A program made the position numbers and the translations under genes. A DNA stretch of 64,000 nt from Candidatus Saccharimonadia bacterium (GTDB lineage: Bacteria > Patescibacteriota > Saccharimonadia > UBA4664). This document shows, piece after piece, positions 19,392 to 28,132 of the stretch. The stretch covers positions 256,299 through 320,298 of the forward strand of contig DATKIP010000076.1 of the NCBI GenBank assembly GCA_035544015.1. The letters are read 5' to 3'. The first letter of the stretch is position 1, and each line of letters begins with the position of its first letter. A model generated the notes under the pieces. It searched no databases, was not told the origin of the DNA, and saw only the letters and a list, made by a program, of their open reading frames with translations.

Positions 19392-19622
19392 GTGAAAAAA
19401 ATATTACGTGCCTTCAGTTTTACCGTGTTTGTGTTTGGATTCGCCGGCTGGGTCTACATTGCTCAAAATGCCAGCCATCATCCCGAAACCCTACCGCTGC
19501 CCCTCACGCACTTCGCTTCGTTCCCGCGCGAAGACACGTTTGGCGCCGTCTGTTTTGCGGTCTCGTTTGTGGCACTCTTCATCTACATGTATCTGCGCGA
19601 CGACCAGCGCAGTTCGCGATAG
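19392..19622 (+). CDS. Small two-TM membrane protein
   Basis: GTG start 7 nt after TATACT, two hydrophobic segments. Confidence 0.65.
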   Translation: MKKILRAFSFTVFVFGFAGWVYIAQNASHHPETLPLPLTHFASFPREDTFGAVCFAVSFVALFIYMYLRDDQRSSR

Positions 19623-19632
19623 CCAGCCGTCG

Positions 19633-20154
19633 CTAAACGAGGGTGGCGGCTAGCATAGCGCAGCCCACCGCCAGCTTCAAGAAGCCGTCGACGATCCAAA
19701 AAGCGTGAAAATCAACCCGTTTAAGCCTCAGCCCAATCAGCGCATTGGCGATACAGATCAATCCTAGTGCGCCCGCAAACGGCCCGTGCGAAAAGGTAAA
19801 AACCAGAAAATGCGCTCCCACCACCACGAGCATCCATAGCCAAAACTCCCGGGAGTCGTGATCCTTGATCGTAAACACCACGTAATTTACCAGGCAAAAC
19901 TCCACCGCAAACCCTATGCCCATGATGATCCAATGCAGTGGTGACGGTGAGCCCAAGCCGGCAAATATCACCTTGGTGATCGAGAGCCCGGCCATCGCCA
20001 GCACCGCCGCCACGGCCCCGCCGATGAGCCAGCCGAGCATCCAGCGCCGCCGGCCAAAGCCGCCGATAATAATCCCCAAGCCTACCAAAATAAACAATAT
20101 CGCCCCGCCCCGCATCAGCGGATAGGTCCGTGCCAAGTCGTGTAAAAATTCCAT
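19633..20154 (-). CDS. Polytopic membrane protein (DUF6609-like)
   Basis: About six TM segments, VVGAHFL and DGFLK motifs. Confidence 0.7.
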   Translation of the reverse strand: MEFLHDLARTYPLMRGGAILFILVGLGIIIGGFGRRRWMLGWLIGGAVAAVLAMAGLSITKVIFAGLGSPSPLHWIIMGIGFAVEFCLVNYVVFTIKDHDSREFWLWMLVVVGAHFLVFTFSHGPFAGALGLICIANALIGLRLKRVDFHAFWIVDGFLKLAVGCAMLAATLV

Positions 20155-20208
20155 AGTCAAAATCTTCTCATGCCGCGCGCCGAAGCACAAATCCGCCCAA
20201 CACTAGCC

Positions 20209-20688
20209 CTACTCGGGTGGTATATATGGCGTTCGTTCCCCCCAGCCCCAGCTCGGCACCGGCGACTCGTCCGGCACCGGAGCCCCGTTCGCAAACACCT
20301 GGTTCATACGAGTGCCCCACTCAAAATAAGCCACGAAGGCCGAACGAAACTCCGCATCGTTGGGCAACTTCTCGATGTCCGCGGCGCGCTGCATGAGCTG
20401 AATCCACCGCACTCGTGCCGCTTCTGGAATCGTGAGTTCCAGGTGCCGCCGAATCATGTGCGGATGGCCCTTCAAGGCCCCGTAGACCTCAGAATATACC
20501 TTAGGACCGCCAAAAACCTCGATAAGCCACAATGCCACATAATGCTTATGCTTCGCCGACATATGCTCAAAAAACGGCCGCAATAGTTCGTCTTGGAGCG
20601 TCAAATCGTAAAACGTCGTCACGAGCCGCTCAAAGGCTTCGGACCCCCCAGCCCATTCGTACAGTGTTGGAATGTGTCGGTCTGCCAT
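20209..20688 (-). CDS. Group II truncated hemoglobin
   Basis: PTLYEWAGG, FYD, EVFGGPKVYS, GHPHMIRRH, RW. Confidence 0.9.
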   Translation of the reverse strand: MADRHIPTLYEWAGGSEAFERLVTTFYDLTLQDELLRPFFEHMSAKHKHYVALWLIEVFGGPKVYSEVYGALKGHPHMIRRHLELTIPEAARVRWIQLMQRAADIEKLPNDAEFRSAFVAYFEWGTRMNQVFANGAPVPDESPVPSWGWGERTPYIPPE

Positions 20689-20831
20689 GGTGTCACCATT
20701 TGGTTACCCGCCGATTATAGGTAGCCGCCGATGGGCTGACAAGGTGCGCGCCCCAAAAGACTATCCAGCGGCCGCCGATTTCGACAATTGCCGCCGATGA
20801 GTCCATCCACTATGATGACGTCGGAGGAGCC

Positions 20832-21263
20832 ATGCTCGACTGGAAAATACTCGCTGTCACGACGCCGCTCTTATTCGTCAGCTATCAGGCTTTGTCAAAA
20901 TTGCTGCCCAAGGACATCTCAGCCTTTTTGATCAACGCCTATGCCTCCCTCGTAGGCCTCGTCGTCATGCTGCTGCTCTTTTTTCTGACGTCGCCGAACA
21001 AATCTCTGCAACTTCCGCCCAAATATCTCTCGATCGCCGTCGGCATCGGGCTGTTCATTAGCTTTGGAAACTTCGGCATCATCAAGGCCTACAGTCTCGG
21101 CGCACCCCAGTCTGCCTTCACGCCGTTGTTCTATATCGCCCTCATCATTTATGGAACGCTTTTTGGCTGGCTCATTTGGCACGAGAAGCTCACCTTGCTG
21201 CAGATCGCCGGTATACTGCTCGCCTGCATTGGTATTTACATGGCCGCCCATTTTAAGAAGTAA
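20832..21263 (+). CDS. EamA/DMT family single-domain transporter
   Basis: Five TM segments, WHEKLTLLQIAG motif, SD GGAGG. Confidence 0.8.
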   Translation: MLDWKILAVTTPLLFVSYQALSKLLPKDISAFLINAYASLVGLVVMLLLFFLTSPNKSLQLPPKYLSIAVGIGLFISFGNFGIIKAYSLGAPQSAFTPLFYIALIIYGTLFGWLIWHEKLTLLQIAGILLACIGIYMAAHFKK

Positions 21264-21270
21264 AATTGAG

Positions 21271-21291
21271 TTACTTTACAAAGTAAAGTAA
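21271..21291. promoter_or_regulatory. Palindromic operator candidate TTACTTTAC-AAA-GTAAAGTAA
   Basis: Perfect 9-bp inverted repeat 40 bp upstream of the FMN reductase. Related site at 28086-28104. Confidence 0.55.
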
Positions 21292-21331
21292 TCCTCGTAC
21301 ATTTGAAATACTAAAAACGAGAGCGGAGGGC

Positions 21332-21898
21332 ATGATGCTCAAGATTCAGATTATCCTCGGGAGCACACGCCCCGGCCGGACCGGTGAGGCGGTGGCCCGA
21401 TGGGCCTACGAAATGGGTCAAAAACGGACCGATTTTGAAGTCGAACTGGTCGACGTCCAGGACTATGATCTACCCTTACTCGACGAACCGGTGCCGCCCT
21501 CGGTCGCCGATCAGTACACCAAAGAGCACACCAAACGCTGGTCTCAAAAAATCGCCGAAGCCGACGGCTACGTCATCGTCACCGGCGAGTACAATCACGG
21601 CATTCCTGGCGCGCTCAAAAACGCTATTGATTTCCTCTCGCGCGAGTGGCGTGACAAATCGGTTGGGTTCGTGAGCTATGGCTCATCATCGGGCGGCGCC
21701 CGGGCCGTGGAGCATCTGCGCGGCGTCGTCAGCGAGCTTCAGTTGGCCGATGTCCGCGAGCAACTGATGCTCTTTTTGCGATCTGATTTTGAAAATATGA
21801 AAGACTTTCAACCCACCTCGCATCACGAGGCCCAACTCAACAAAATCTTCGACCAAGTCGTTCGCTGGGCCGGCGCCCTGAAGACCCTGCGCAACTAA
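21332..21898 (+). CDS. NAD(P)H-dependent FMN reductase
   Basis: GSTRPGR, EYNHGIPGALKNAID, VGFVSYG. Confidence 0.92.
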   Translation: MMLKIQIILGSTRPGRTGEAVARWAYEMGQKRTDFEVELVDVQDYDLPLLDEPVPPSVADQYTKEHTKRWSQKIAEADGYVIVTGEYNHGIPGALKNAIDFLSREWRDKSVGFVSYGSSSGGARAVEHLRGVVSELQLADVREQLMLFLRSDFENMKDFQPTSHHEAQLNKIFDQVVRWAGALKTLRN

Positions 21899-21954
21899 AA
21901 AACTCTCCTCGGGCCGATGCGGTACAATAAGCACAAACGAGGACGCCACGCTGT

Positions 21955-23421
21955 ATGCCGAACAATACCGAACCCAAGGCCGATATCGCCGTCATGGGCC
22001 TAGCCGTCATGGGCCAAAACCTTATTCTCAACATGAACGACCACGGCTTTACCGTCGTGGCGTTCAACCGCACGCTGAGCAAAATCGACGATTTTTTGGC
22101 CGGTCCCGCTAAAGGCACGCGGGTAGTGGGCGCGCACTCGGTGGCCGAAATGGTCTCACTCCTCAAGCGGCCACGTCGCGTGATGCTCATGGTGAAGGCC
22201 GGCGCGCCCGTGGACGAGGCCATCGAGCAATTGCTACCACACCTCGAAGCTGGCGACATCATCATCGATGGCGGCAACTCGCTCTTTACCGACACCGCCC
22301 GCCGCGTGGAGTACGCTCAGTCCAAGGGGCTGCTGTATGTGGGGGCCGGGGTTTCGGGCGGCGAGGAGGGCGCGCGGCGCGGGCCGTCCATTATGCCCGG
22401 CGGCACCCCGGCCGCGTGGCCCGAGGTTAAGGAGATCTTTCAGGCTATCGCGGCCAAGGTCGAAGACGGCACCCCTTGCTGCGACTGGGTGGGGGAGGGC
22501 GGCGCCGGCCACTACGTGAAGATGGTGCACAACGGCATCGAGTACGGCGACATGCAGCTCATCGCCGAAGCCTATCAGCTGTTGCGCGACCGGCTCGGCC
22601 TGAGCGCCGATGCCATGGCCAAAATCTTTGCCGCGTGGAACAAAACCGAGCTCGATAGCTACCTCATCCAGATCACCGCCGAAATCCTCGCTTTCAAAGA
22701 CTCCGACGGCTCGCCGCTGGTCGACCACATCCTCGACGCCGCCGGCCAAAAGGGCACCGGCAAGTGGACGGTGATTGATTCGGCGCAGCTAGGTACTCCG
22801 GTGACACTCATCGCCGAGGCCGTGTTCGCGCGCTGCCTCTCGGCTCTCAAGGACGAGCGCGTCGCGGCGGCCGGCCGGCTCAAAGGCCCCGCCGTGCCCC
22901 CGCCGGCCGACCAGGCGGCCTACCTCGAGCAGGCTCGCCAGGCGCTCTACGCCGCCAAAATCGTCAGTTACACCCAGGGCTACATGCTGATGCGCGCGGC
23001 CGCCGCTGAGTACGGCTGGAATCTAAACTACGGTGGCATCGCCCTCATGTGGCGCGGCGGCTGCATCATCCGCAGCCGTTTCCTGGGCGACATCAAGGCC
23101 GCCTACGACGCCGACCCCCAGCTCACCAACCTGCTGCTAACGCCGTTCTTTGCCGCCGCCATCGAGGCGGCCGGGCCGGCGTGGCGCGCCACGGTCGCCG
23201 ACGCCGTGACCGCCGGCGTGCCCGTACCCGCCATGAGCACCGCGCTCGCTTTTTACGACGGCTACCGCACAGCTAATCTGCCCGCCAACCTGATCCAAGC
23301 TCAGCGCGACTACTTTGGCGCACACACCTTTGAGCGCACCGACCGGCCACGGGGCGAGTTCTCGCACGCCGACTGGACCGGTCACGGCGGCGATACGAGC
23401 TCAAGCGCCTACCAGGTGTAG
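21955..23421 (+). CDS. gnd: 6-phosphogluconate dehydrogenase, decarboxylating
   Basis: GLAVMG, VSGGEEGA, KMVHNGIEYGDMQ, QKGTGKW, WRGGCIIRS, QRDYFGAH. Confidence 0.97.
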   Translation: MPNNTEPKADIAVMGLAVMGQNLILNMNDHGFTVVAFNRTLSKIDDFLAGPAKGTRVVGAHSVAEMVSLLKRPRRVMLMVKAGAPVDEAIEQLLPHLEAGDIIIDGGNSLFTDTARRVEYAQSKGLLYVGAGVSGGEEGARRGPSIMPGGTPAAWPEVKEIFQAIAAKVEDGTPCCDWVGEGGAGHYVKMVHNGIEYGDMQLIAEAYQLLRDRLGLSADAMAKIFAAWNKTELDSYLIQITAEILAFKDSDGSPLVDHILDAAGQKGTGKWTVIDSAQLGTPVTLIAEAVFARCLSALKDERVAAAGRLKGPAVPPPADQAAYLEQARQALYAAKIVSYTQGYMLMRAAAAEYGWNLNYGGIALMWRGGCIIRSRFLGDIKAAYDADPQLTNLLLTPFFAAAIEAAGPAWRATVADAVTAGVPVPAMSTALAFYDGYRTANLPANLIQAQRDYFGAHTFERTDRPRGEFSHADWTGHGGDTSSSAYQV

Positions 23422-23434
23422 CCGCTCTCGGGCC

Positions 23435-23734
23435 TCACACCTTATCGTCAATTTCGTCAGCGTAATCTTCGGCTGCGTGCCGCCATTCGCCAAACACCGG
23501 CAGTCGCACGGTCGGGACTTCGCCGGCCACGTCTACCAAGCTAATGTCGCGCGCACCATTGCCCTCGAGTATGCGCCGCACTATCGCAACGACCTCGTCG
23601 CGCACCCGCAGCCCCACGGCAATACCATCCACGCGCCGCGTTTGTTCCGGACTGTAGCCATAATCACGCAACTGGGCCAGTGCTCGGTCCGCCTGTCCCA
23701 CATCGCCAAATATTCCCAACATCATTGCTGCCAT
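23435..23734 (-). CDS. Small hypothetical protein
   Basis: SD GGAGG before ATG 23734. GIFGD..QADRAL..L..YGY resembles general-stress-protein N-termini. Confidence 0.5.
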   Translation of the reverse strand: MAAMMLGIFGDVGQADRALAQLRDYGYSPEQTRRVDGIAVGLRVRDEVVAIVRRILEGNGARDISLVDVAGEVPTVRLPVFGEWRHAAEDYADEIDDKV

Positions 23735-23860
23735 CCAACCCTCCTGACCCATTACGAAGTAGCGCCATCGTAATCGTCCCGCCGCCCGGTTGTTATGTGC
23801 ATTCCCCCAGCATAAGCGTTTTCAACCCACAAAACCCCCGCCTTCAAGCAGCGCGCCGCA

Positions 23861-23954
23861 GGCAATGGTCTGTCCGCAGCCTCAGCGCCGGACAAGAAAG
23901 AGGATAGAATTTAAACGAAGGAAAGCGTTCGCTGAGCCAGGACAGACCATTGCC
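23861..23954. repeat. Long-range inverted repeat (15-bp perfect arms plus inner 7-bp stem)
   Basis: GGCAATGGTCTGTCC 23861-23875 pairs with GGACAGACCATTGCC 23940-23954. Inner CTCAGCG/CGCTGAG. Confidence 0.75.
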
Positions 23955-23968
23955 GGAGGAGCCAAAGA

Positions 23969-24283
23969 TTAGGCGTCAAAATCCTCAACGTCAGTAACTT
24001 CTTCCTTAGCCACCAAAATCGTTACACCCGCGGCCCCATTGGGCGCGCGGGTGTAGACGATGTAGAGGGACGATTCATAAATCGCCACAATCTCGTACCG
24101 GTGATTTTGATTTTCGAGCTGCCCCACCGTAGCGGTGCAAACTTTTTTGTCGTGCACATACCGCAGGCTCGCAATGCGACGGTCGGTGATGGGCCAGCGC
24201 AACTGCTCCTTGAGCAAGTCGCGGGTCTGCCCATACACCGTCTCGGCCTCATGAGGCCTGGCCTGCGGTACGAAAAATTTCAC
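23969..24283 (-). CDS. Hypothetical protein
   Basis: 104-aa ORF directly downstream of the RRM gene, protein-like composition. Confidence 0.7.
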   Translation of the reverse strand: MKFFVPQARPHEAETVYGQTRDLLKEQLRWPITDRRIASLRYVHDKKVCTATVGQLENQNHRYEIVAIYESSLYIVYTRAPNGAAGVTILVAKEEVTDVEDFDA

Positions 24284-24289
24284 GACTGC

Positions 24290-24586
24290 TTAGTAGCGGC
24301 TGCCGCGCGAAGAGCTGGGGTTGCTGCTGCGCTCGGTCATTGGCTTGGCGACGTTCACGACGATCGCGCGGCCACCAAGTTCTTTACCGGCCAGCTGAGC
24401 GATCGCGTTCTGAGCCTCTTCGTCGGTGCTCATTTCTACGAAGCCGAAGCCCTTTGAGCGGTTCATGTCGCGGTCAATGATGACCTTGGCCGACACTACC
24501 GTACCGGCAGTGGCAAAAAGCTCAGCGAGCTCTTCGTCAGTTACGCTGTATCCAAGCGATCCTACAAACAATTTATTAGCAGACAT
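24290..24586 (-). CDS. RRM (RNP-1) RNA-binding protein
   Basis: KLFVGSL (RNP2) and KGFGFVEM (RNP1). SD AAGGAG before ATG 24586. Confidence 0.95.
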   Translation of the reverse strand: MSANKLFVGSLGYSVTDEELAELFATAGTVVSAKVIIDRDMNRSKGFGFVEMSTDEEAQNAIAQLAGKELGGRAIVVNVAKPMTERSSNPSSSRGSRY

Positions 24587-24842
24587 ATCATCTCCTTGAT
24601 GAGCCCCATAATAGTGATGGTTCTGGAATGAGATGATGCAGACCGCGTGGGGAACACAGCGAAACAAAATCGACAAGCGAGGTGCTTGTTTCTAGATCAA
24701 TGCAATTATACTACATTCCCGGCCATATGTGAACCTGCCGACCGAAGAGAAGCGAACACCGTCCAGGTTGCTCTCAGGAAAGCCTCACATAATCAGTTTA
24801 TATTATATAGTGAATAAGCATGTGACCCTGAGGGATGTAGCC

Positions 24843-25331
24843 GTGGATACCCCGAAACCGAGGAACAACCAGAAGCTAGCCGCCGTCTTTGGCCTGGTGG
24901 TAATAGTAGCTGCGATAGGAGCGGGGGTGGCCTTTTTGGCACCAAAATCAGACGGCCAAGTCATCGGCGGCGCCACCTCGCCCACGCCCACCGCTACGGC
25001 TGACGCCACCCCGACCGCAGCCACCACCAGCGCCGCCTACAAAGACGGCACCTACACAGCCAACGGCAGCTACGACTCGCCCGGCGGCCTCGAAACCGTT
25101 CACCTTAGCGTCACCCTCGTCAGCGGCTTGGTGAGCGATTCGAACGCCACCACCACCGGCAACAATCCCACCGGCCGGCTGTATCAGGGCAAATTCCTCG
25201 GCGGCTACAAGGGCCTCGTGGTGGGTCGCAATGTCGACTCCATCAAACTCTCGCGTGTCTCGGGTTCGTCACTAACGTCCGGTGGCTTTAATGATGCCCT
25301 CGCCAAGATCAAGACCCAAGCCAAGGCCTAA
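24843..25331 (+). CDS. Membrane-anchored FMN-binding (flavinylated) domain protein
   Basis: TM segment, Thr/Pro/Ala linker, YKDGTYTA.GSY.SPGG and SRVSGSSLTS flavinylation-type motif. Adjacent to ApbE. Confidence 0.85.
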   Translation: MDTPKPRNNQKLAAVFGLVVIVAAIGAGVAFLAPKSDGQVIGGATSPTPTATADATPTAATTSAAYKDGTYTANGSYDSPGGLETVHLSVTLVSGLVSDSNATTTGNNPTGRLYQGKFLGGYKGLVVGRNVDSIKLSRVSGSSLTSGGFNDALAKIKTQAKA

Positions 25332-26241
25332 CGTCGCGGGCCCAGCCACCCGCCAATGGCAATTTGACGCCATCGGCACGCGCTGGTCCGTTGAGGCCCT
25401 GCAGGTGGTGCCGCCGGCCGTTTGGGCTCGGGCCCGTCGCGCCGTCGCTGGGCGCATTGAGCAGTTCGATCGCGATTACTCGCGGTTTCGGGCCGATTCG
25501 CTCGTATCGGCAATGGCCCGCACCGCCGGCCGCTACCAGCTGCCGCCCGACGCGCAGCCGCTATTTGATCTGTACCGCGAGCTCTACGACCTCACCGCCG
25601 GCGCCGTCACGCCGCTCGTGGGCGGGCTGCTGGCCGCCGCCGGGTACGACGCCGCCTACAGCCTGCGCCCCGGCACCCTCACACCCCCGCCGGCCTGGCC
25701 CGGCACGTTGCGCTACGAATTTCCGCACCTCACCCTGGCCCGCCCCGTCTCCCTCGACCTGGGCGCCGCCGGCAAAGGCTACCTGGTAGATCTGGTGGCC
25801 GGCGTGCTGCGGACCCACGGCATCACGGCCTATTGCGTCGACGCCGGCGGCGACATGGCCCACCAGGGCGCGCTCGAGGCGGATCCCCTGGCCGTCGGGC
25901 TCGAGCACCCCGCCGACGCCGGTCAAGTCATCGGCGTGGCGCAGCTGCGCAACCAAAGCCTCTGCGGCTCGGCTGGCAACCGGCGAGCGTGGGCGGGCCT
26001 CAATCACATCATCGATCCGCATACACGGACATCACCCACCCACCTTCGCGCGGTCTGGGCGGTAGCCGACACCACCCTGCTCGCTGATGCCCTCACCACG
26101 GCGCTTTATTTTGTGCCCCCGCCGATACTGGCGGCTCATTATGTCTTTGAATACGCTCTCGTCTACGAAGATTTCTCGCTCGAGCACTCCGCCGATTTCC
26201 CCGCCGCCTTTTTTACCACCCCTGCAATCAGTGCTCTATAA
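25291..26241 (+). CDS. apbE: FAD:protein FMN transferase (ApbE family)
   Basis: FDAIGT, SRFRADS, LDLGAAGKGYLVD, VDAGGD, HIIDP, ADALTT. Start uncertain. Confidence 0.9.
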   Translation: MMPSPRSRPKPRPNVAGPATRQWQFDAIGTRWSVEALQVVPPAVWARARRAVAGRIEQFDRDYSRFRADSLVSAMARTAGRYQLPPDAQPLFDLYRELYDLTAGAVTPLVGGLLAAAGYDAAYSLRPGTLTPPPAWPGTLRYEFPHLTLARPVSLDLGAAGKGYLVDLVAGVLRTHGITAYCVDAGGDMAHQGALEADPLAVGLEHPADAGQVIGVAQLRNQSLCGSAGNRRAWAGLNHIIDPHTRTSPTHLRAVWAVADTTLLADALTTALYFVPPPILAAHYVFEYALVYEDFSLEHSADFPAAFFTTPAISAL

Positions 26242-26248
26242 TGAACCA

Positions 26249-26902
26249 ATGCATATTCGCGCCGCCATCATAGACTTCGACAAAACGCTTACCACTGCCG
26301 ATATGTCCGATCTGTTGGCCGAAACCGTCGGCAAAAAGGCCGAAAGCCAACAGCTCAACCAACTGTTCCAAAACGGAAAACTTCGGGGTCTCAACGGGCT
26401 GGTTCAGCGCGTCAATTTTCTGACCGGGTTGTCGATAGACCAGCTCGAAGCCTTTGCCGAGCAGCATGATTGTTTGCGCCCCGGCGCCGTGGCGCTGTTT
26501 GAATATTTTCGTCGTCATCATATCGTCACCATCATTGCTTCGGGCAGCACCGTGCCGTTCCTCGAAATCTACCAACGCCGACTCGGCGCCGATTACGTGG
26601 TGGGCAGCCGCCCGGCCATGAACGGCGCCATCATGGGATCGGTCACCGAAGCCGATTACTCCGGTCCCGACTTCAAGGTTCGAGACTGCCGAGTGATCCT
26701 GGAGCGCCTGCATATCCCGGCCGAGAATGTGGTCGCCATCGGCGACTCCATGGCCGATCAGGGAATTTTCGAATTCGCGGCCTGCAGCATCGCCATCGAT
26801 CCCCACCCCGGCATCGTGGCCTACGCCGATCATGTCATCGCCCACGATCTGACCCGCGCCCTACCGATTCTCGACCGCCTCAGCGGACGGGCCGCCGCAT
26901 GA
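26249..26902 (+). CDS. HAD-family phosphatase (SerB-like)
   Basis: DFDKTL, ASG, K, IGDSMAD. ATG 6 nt after TATAAT. Confidence 0.85.
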   Translation: MHIRAAIIDFDKTLTTADMSDLLAETVGKKAESQQLNQLFQNGKLRGLNGLVQRVNFLTGLSIDQLEAFAEQHDCLRPGAVALFEYFRRHHIVTIIASGSTVPFLEIYQRRLGADYVVGSRPAMNGAIMGSVTEADYSGPDFKVRDCRVILERLHIPAENVVAIGDSMADQGIFEFAACSIAIDPHPGIVAYADHVIAHDLTRALPILDRLSGRAAA

Positions 26903-27474
26903 TCAGTCTGCGGACTGCCGCCGTTTGGGCCACCGGAGCTGCCATGACGCTGGCCTCGGCCTGGCCGCTGGCAGCGAGCGCTCATGTCGTGAAGTCCGAC
27001 GGCCAAATCACCGCGCTGCTCCACGTTAATCCCTACGATGAGCCGTTTACCGGCCGGCCGGCCAACCTCGTGTTTTCGGTGACCGACGCTAGCAGTCGGT
27101 TTGCCGCCGCCGATTGCGACTGCCACCTCACCGTCGAGCGCGACGGCCACCGCCTCACCGATCAAACCCTCGCCGCCAAAACTTCCGAATACGGCCCGCG
27201 AGCATTCGTAGTGCCGTACACGTTCGGCGCCTCCGCCGTCTATACCATCCGCCTCGCCGGCCGGCCACGGGCGGCCCCGTTTCAGGCCTTTGCGCTTAGC
27301 TACATTGTCCGCGTCGGCCCCCCGCCAACCTCGGGCGCCGCTGGCCTCAATCCCTACGTCGCCGGCTTCGTCGTGCTCATGGTGATCGCGGCGGCCGGTC
27401 TGGCCGTTGCGGGGGTGCAGCTGAGTCGCCAGCCGCGATCCGCTAAACAACCAAAGGAGATACACCGTGCGTAA
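26899..27474 (+). CDS. Exported, C-terminally anchored protein with N-terminal His (putative copper-binding)
   Basis: Signal peptide ending ASA|HVV, CDC motif, C-terminal TM segment. Overlaps the ycnI-like gene. Confidence 0.6.
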   Translation: MISLRTAAVWATGAAMTLASAWPLAASAHVVKSDGQITALLHVNPYDEPFTGRPANLVFSVTDASSRFAAADCDCHLTVERDGHRLTDQTLAAKTSEYGPRAFVVPYTFGASAVYTIRLAGRPRAAPFQAFALSYIVRVGPPPTSGAAGLNPYVAGFVVLMVIAAAGLAVAGVQLSRQPRSAKQPKEIHRA

Positions 27475-28060
27475 ACCGTTACTGCCCATCATTATCACCA
27501 TTTTTGCCAGTCTCGTACCCCTGAGCGCATCGGCCCACGTGGTCGTTGGGCCTGCCCAAGTCGGCGTGGGCGCGCTCCAAGCCTTTAGCGTGGGCGTGCC
27601 CAACGAGCGCGACTCGGCCACCGTCGCGTTGCGCCTGGTAATACCCGGCGGCCTCGCCTCTGTCAGGCCCAACGTCAAGCCCGGCTGGACCATCGCCATG
27701 GCCAAAACCGGTTCCGGCGACGATGCCCGCGTCACTGAGATCACCTGGACCGGCGGCCAGATCCCGCCCGACCAGCGCGACGAGTTTGCTTTGAGCGCTC
27801 AAGCTCCAGCCCAGCCCACGTCGCTCACCTGGAAGGCCTACCAAACCTACGCCGACGGCACCGTCGTATCATGGGACCAGGCCCCCGATGGCAAAGGCGA
27901 TGAGCATATCAAGCCATACTCGGTCACCAAGGTGATCGACGACCTCGCTACCGGTCCCACCACCCCCGCCACGTCCGCCGCCATGGCGCAAACCGCCCTC
28001 GTGATCGCCAGCCTAGCGCTGCTCGTAGCCGCCGCCGGATTTGTACGCCGCCGCCGTTAG
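27467..28060 (+). CDS. YcnI/DUF1775 copper-binding membrane protein
   Basis: ASA|HVVV, VPNERD, KPGW, ITWTGG, QTYADG..VSW, C-terminal TM segment. Confidence 0.88.
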   Translation: MRKPLLPIIITIFASLVPLSASAHVVVGPAQVGVGALQAFSVGVPNERDSATVALRLVIPGGLASVRPNVKPGWTIAMAKTGSGDDARVTEITWTGGQIPPDQRDEFALSAQAPAQPTSLTWKAYQTYADGTVVSWDQAPDGKGDEHIKPYSVTKVIDDLATGPTTPATSAAMAQTALVIASLALLVAAAGFVRRRR

Positions 28061-28085
28061 GCCTCTGTAATTCTCCTCAAAAATC

Positions 28086-28104
28086 ACTATACTAATTAAA
28101 GTAA
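28086..28104. promoter_or_regulatory. Operator candidate related to the 21271 palindrome
   Basis: ACTATACTAATTAAAGTAA matches 21273-21291 at 16/19 positions. Upstream of the quinone oxidoreductase. Confidence 0.45.
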
Positions 28105-28132
28105 TATCCCGAATAACCAGCGAGGAGGCACC

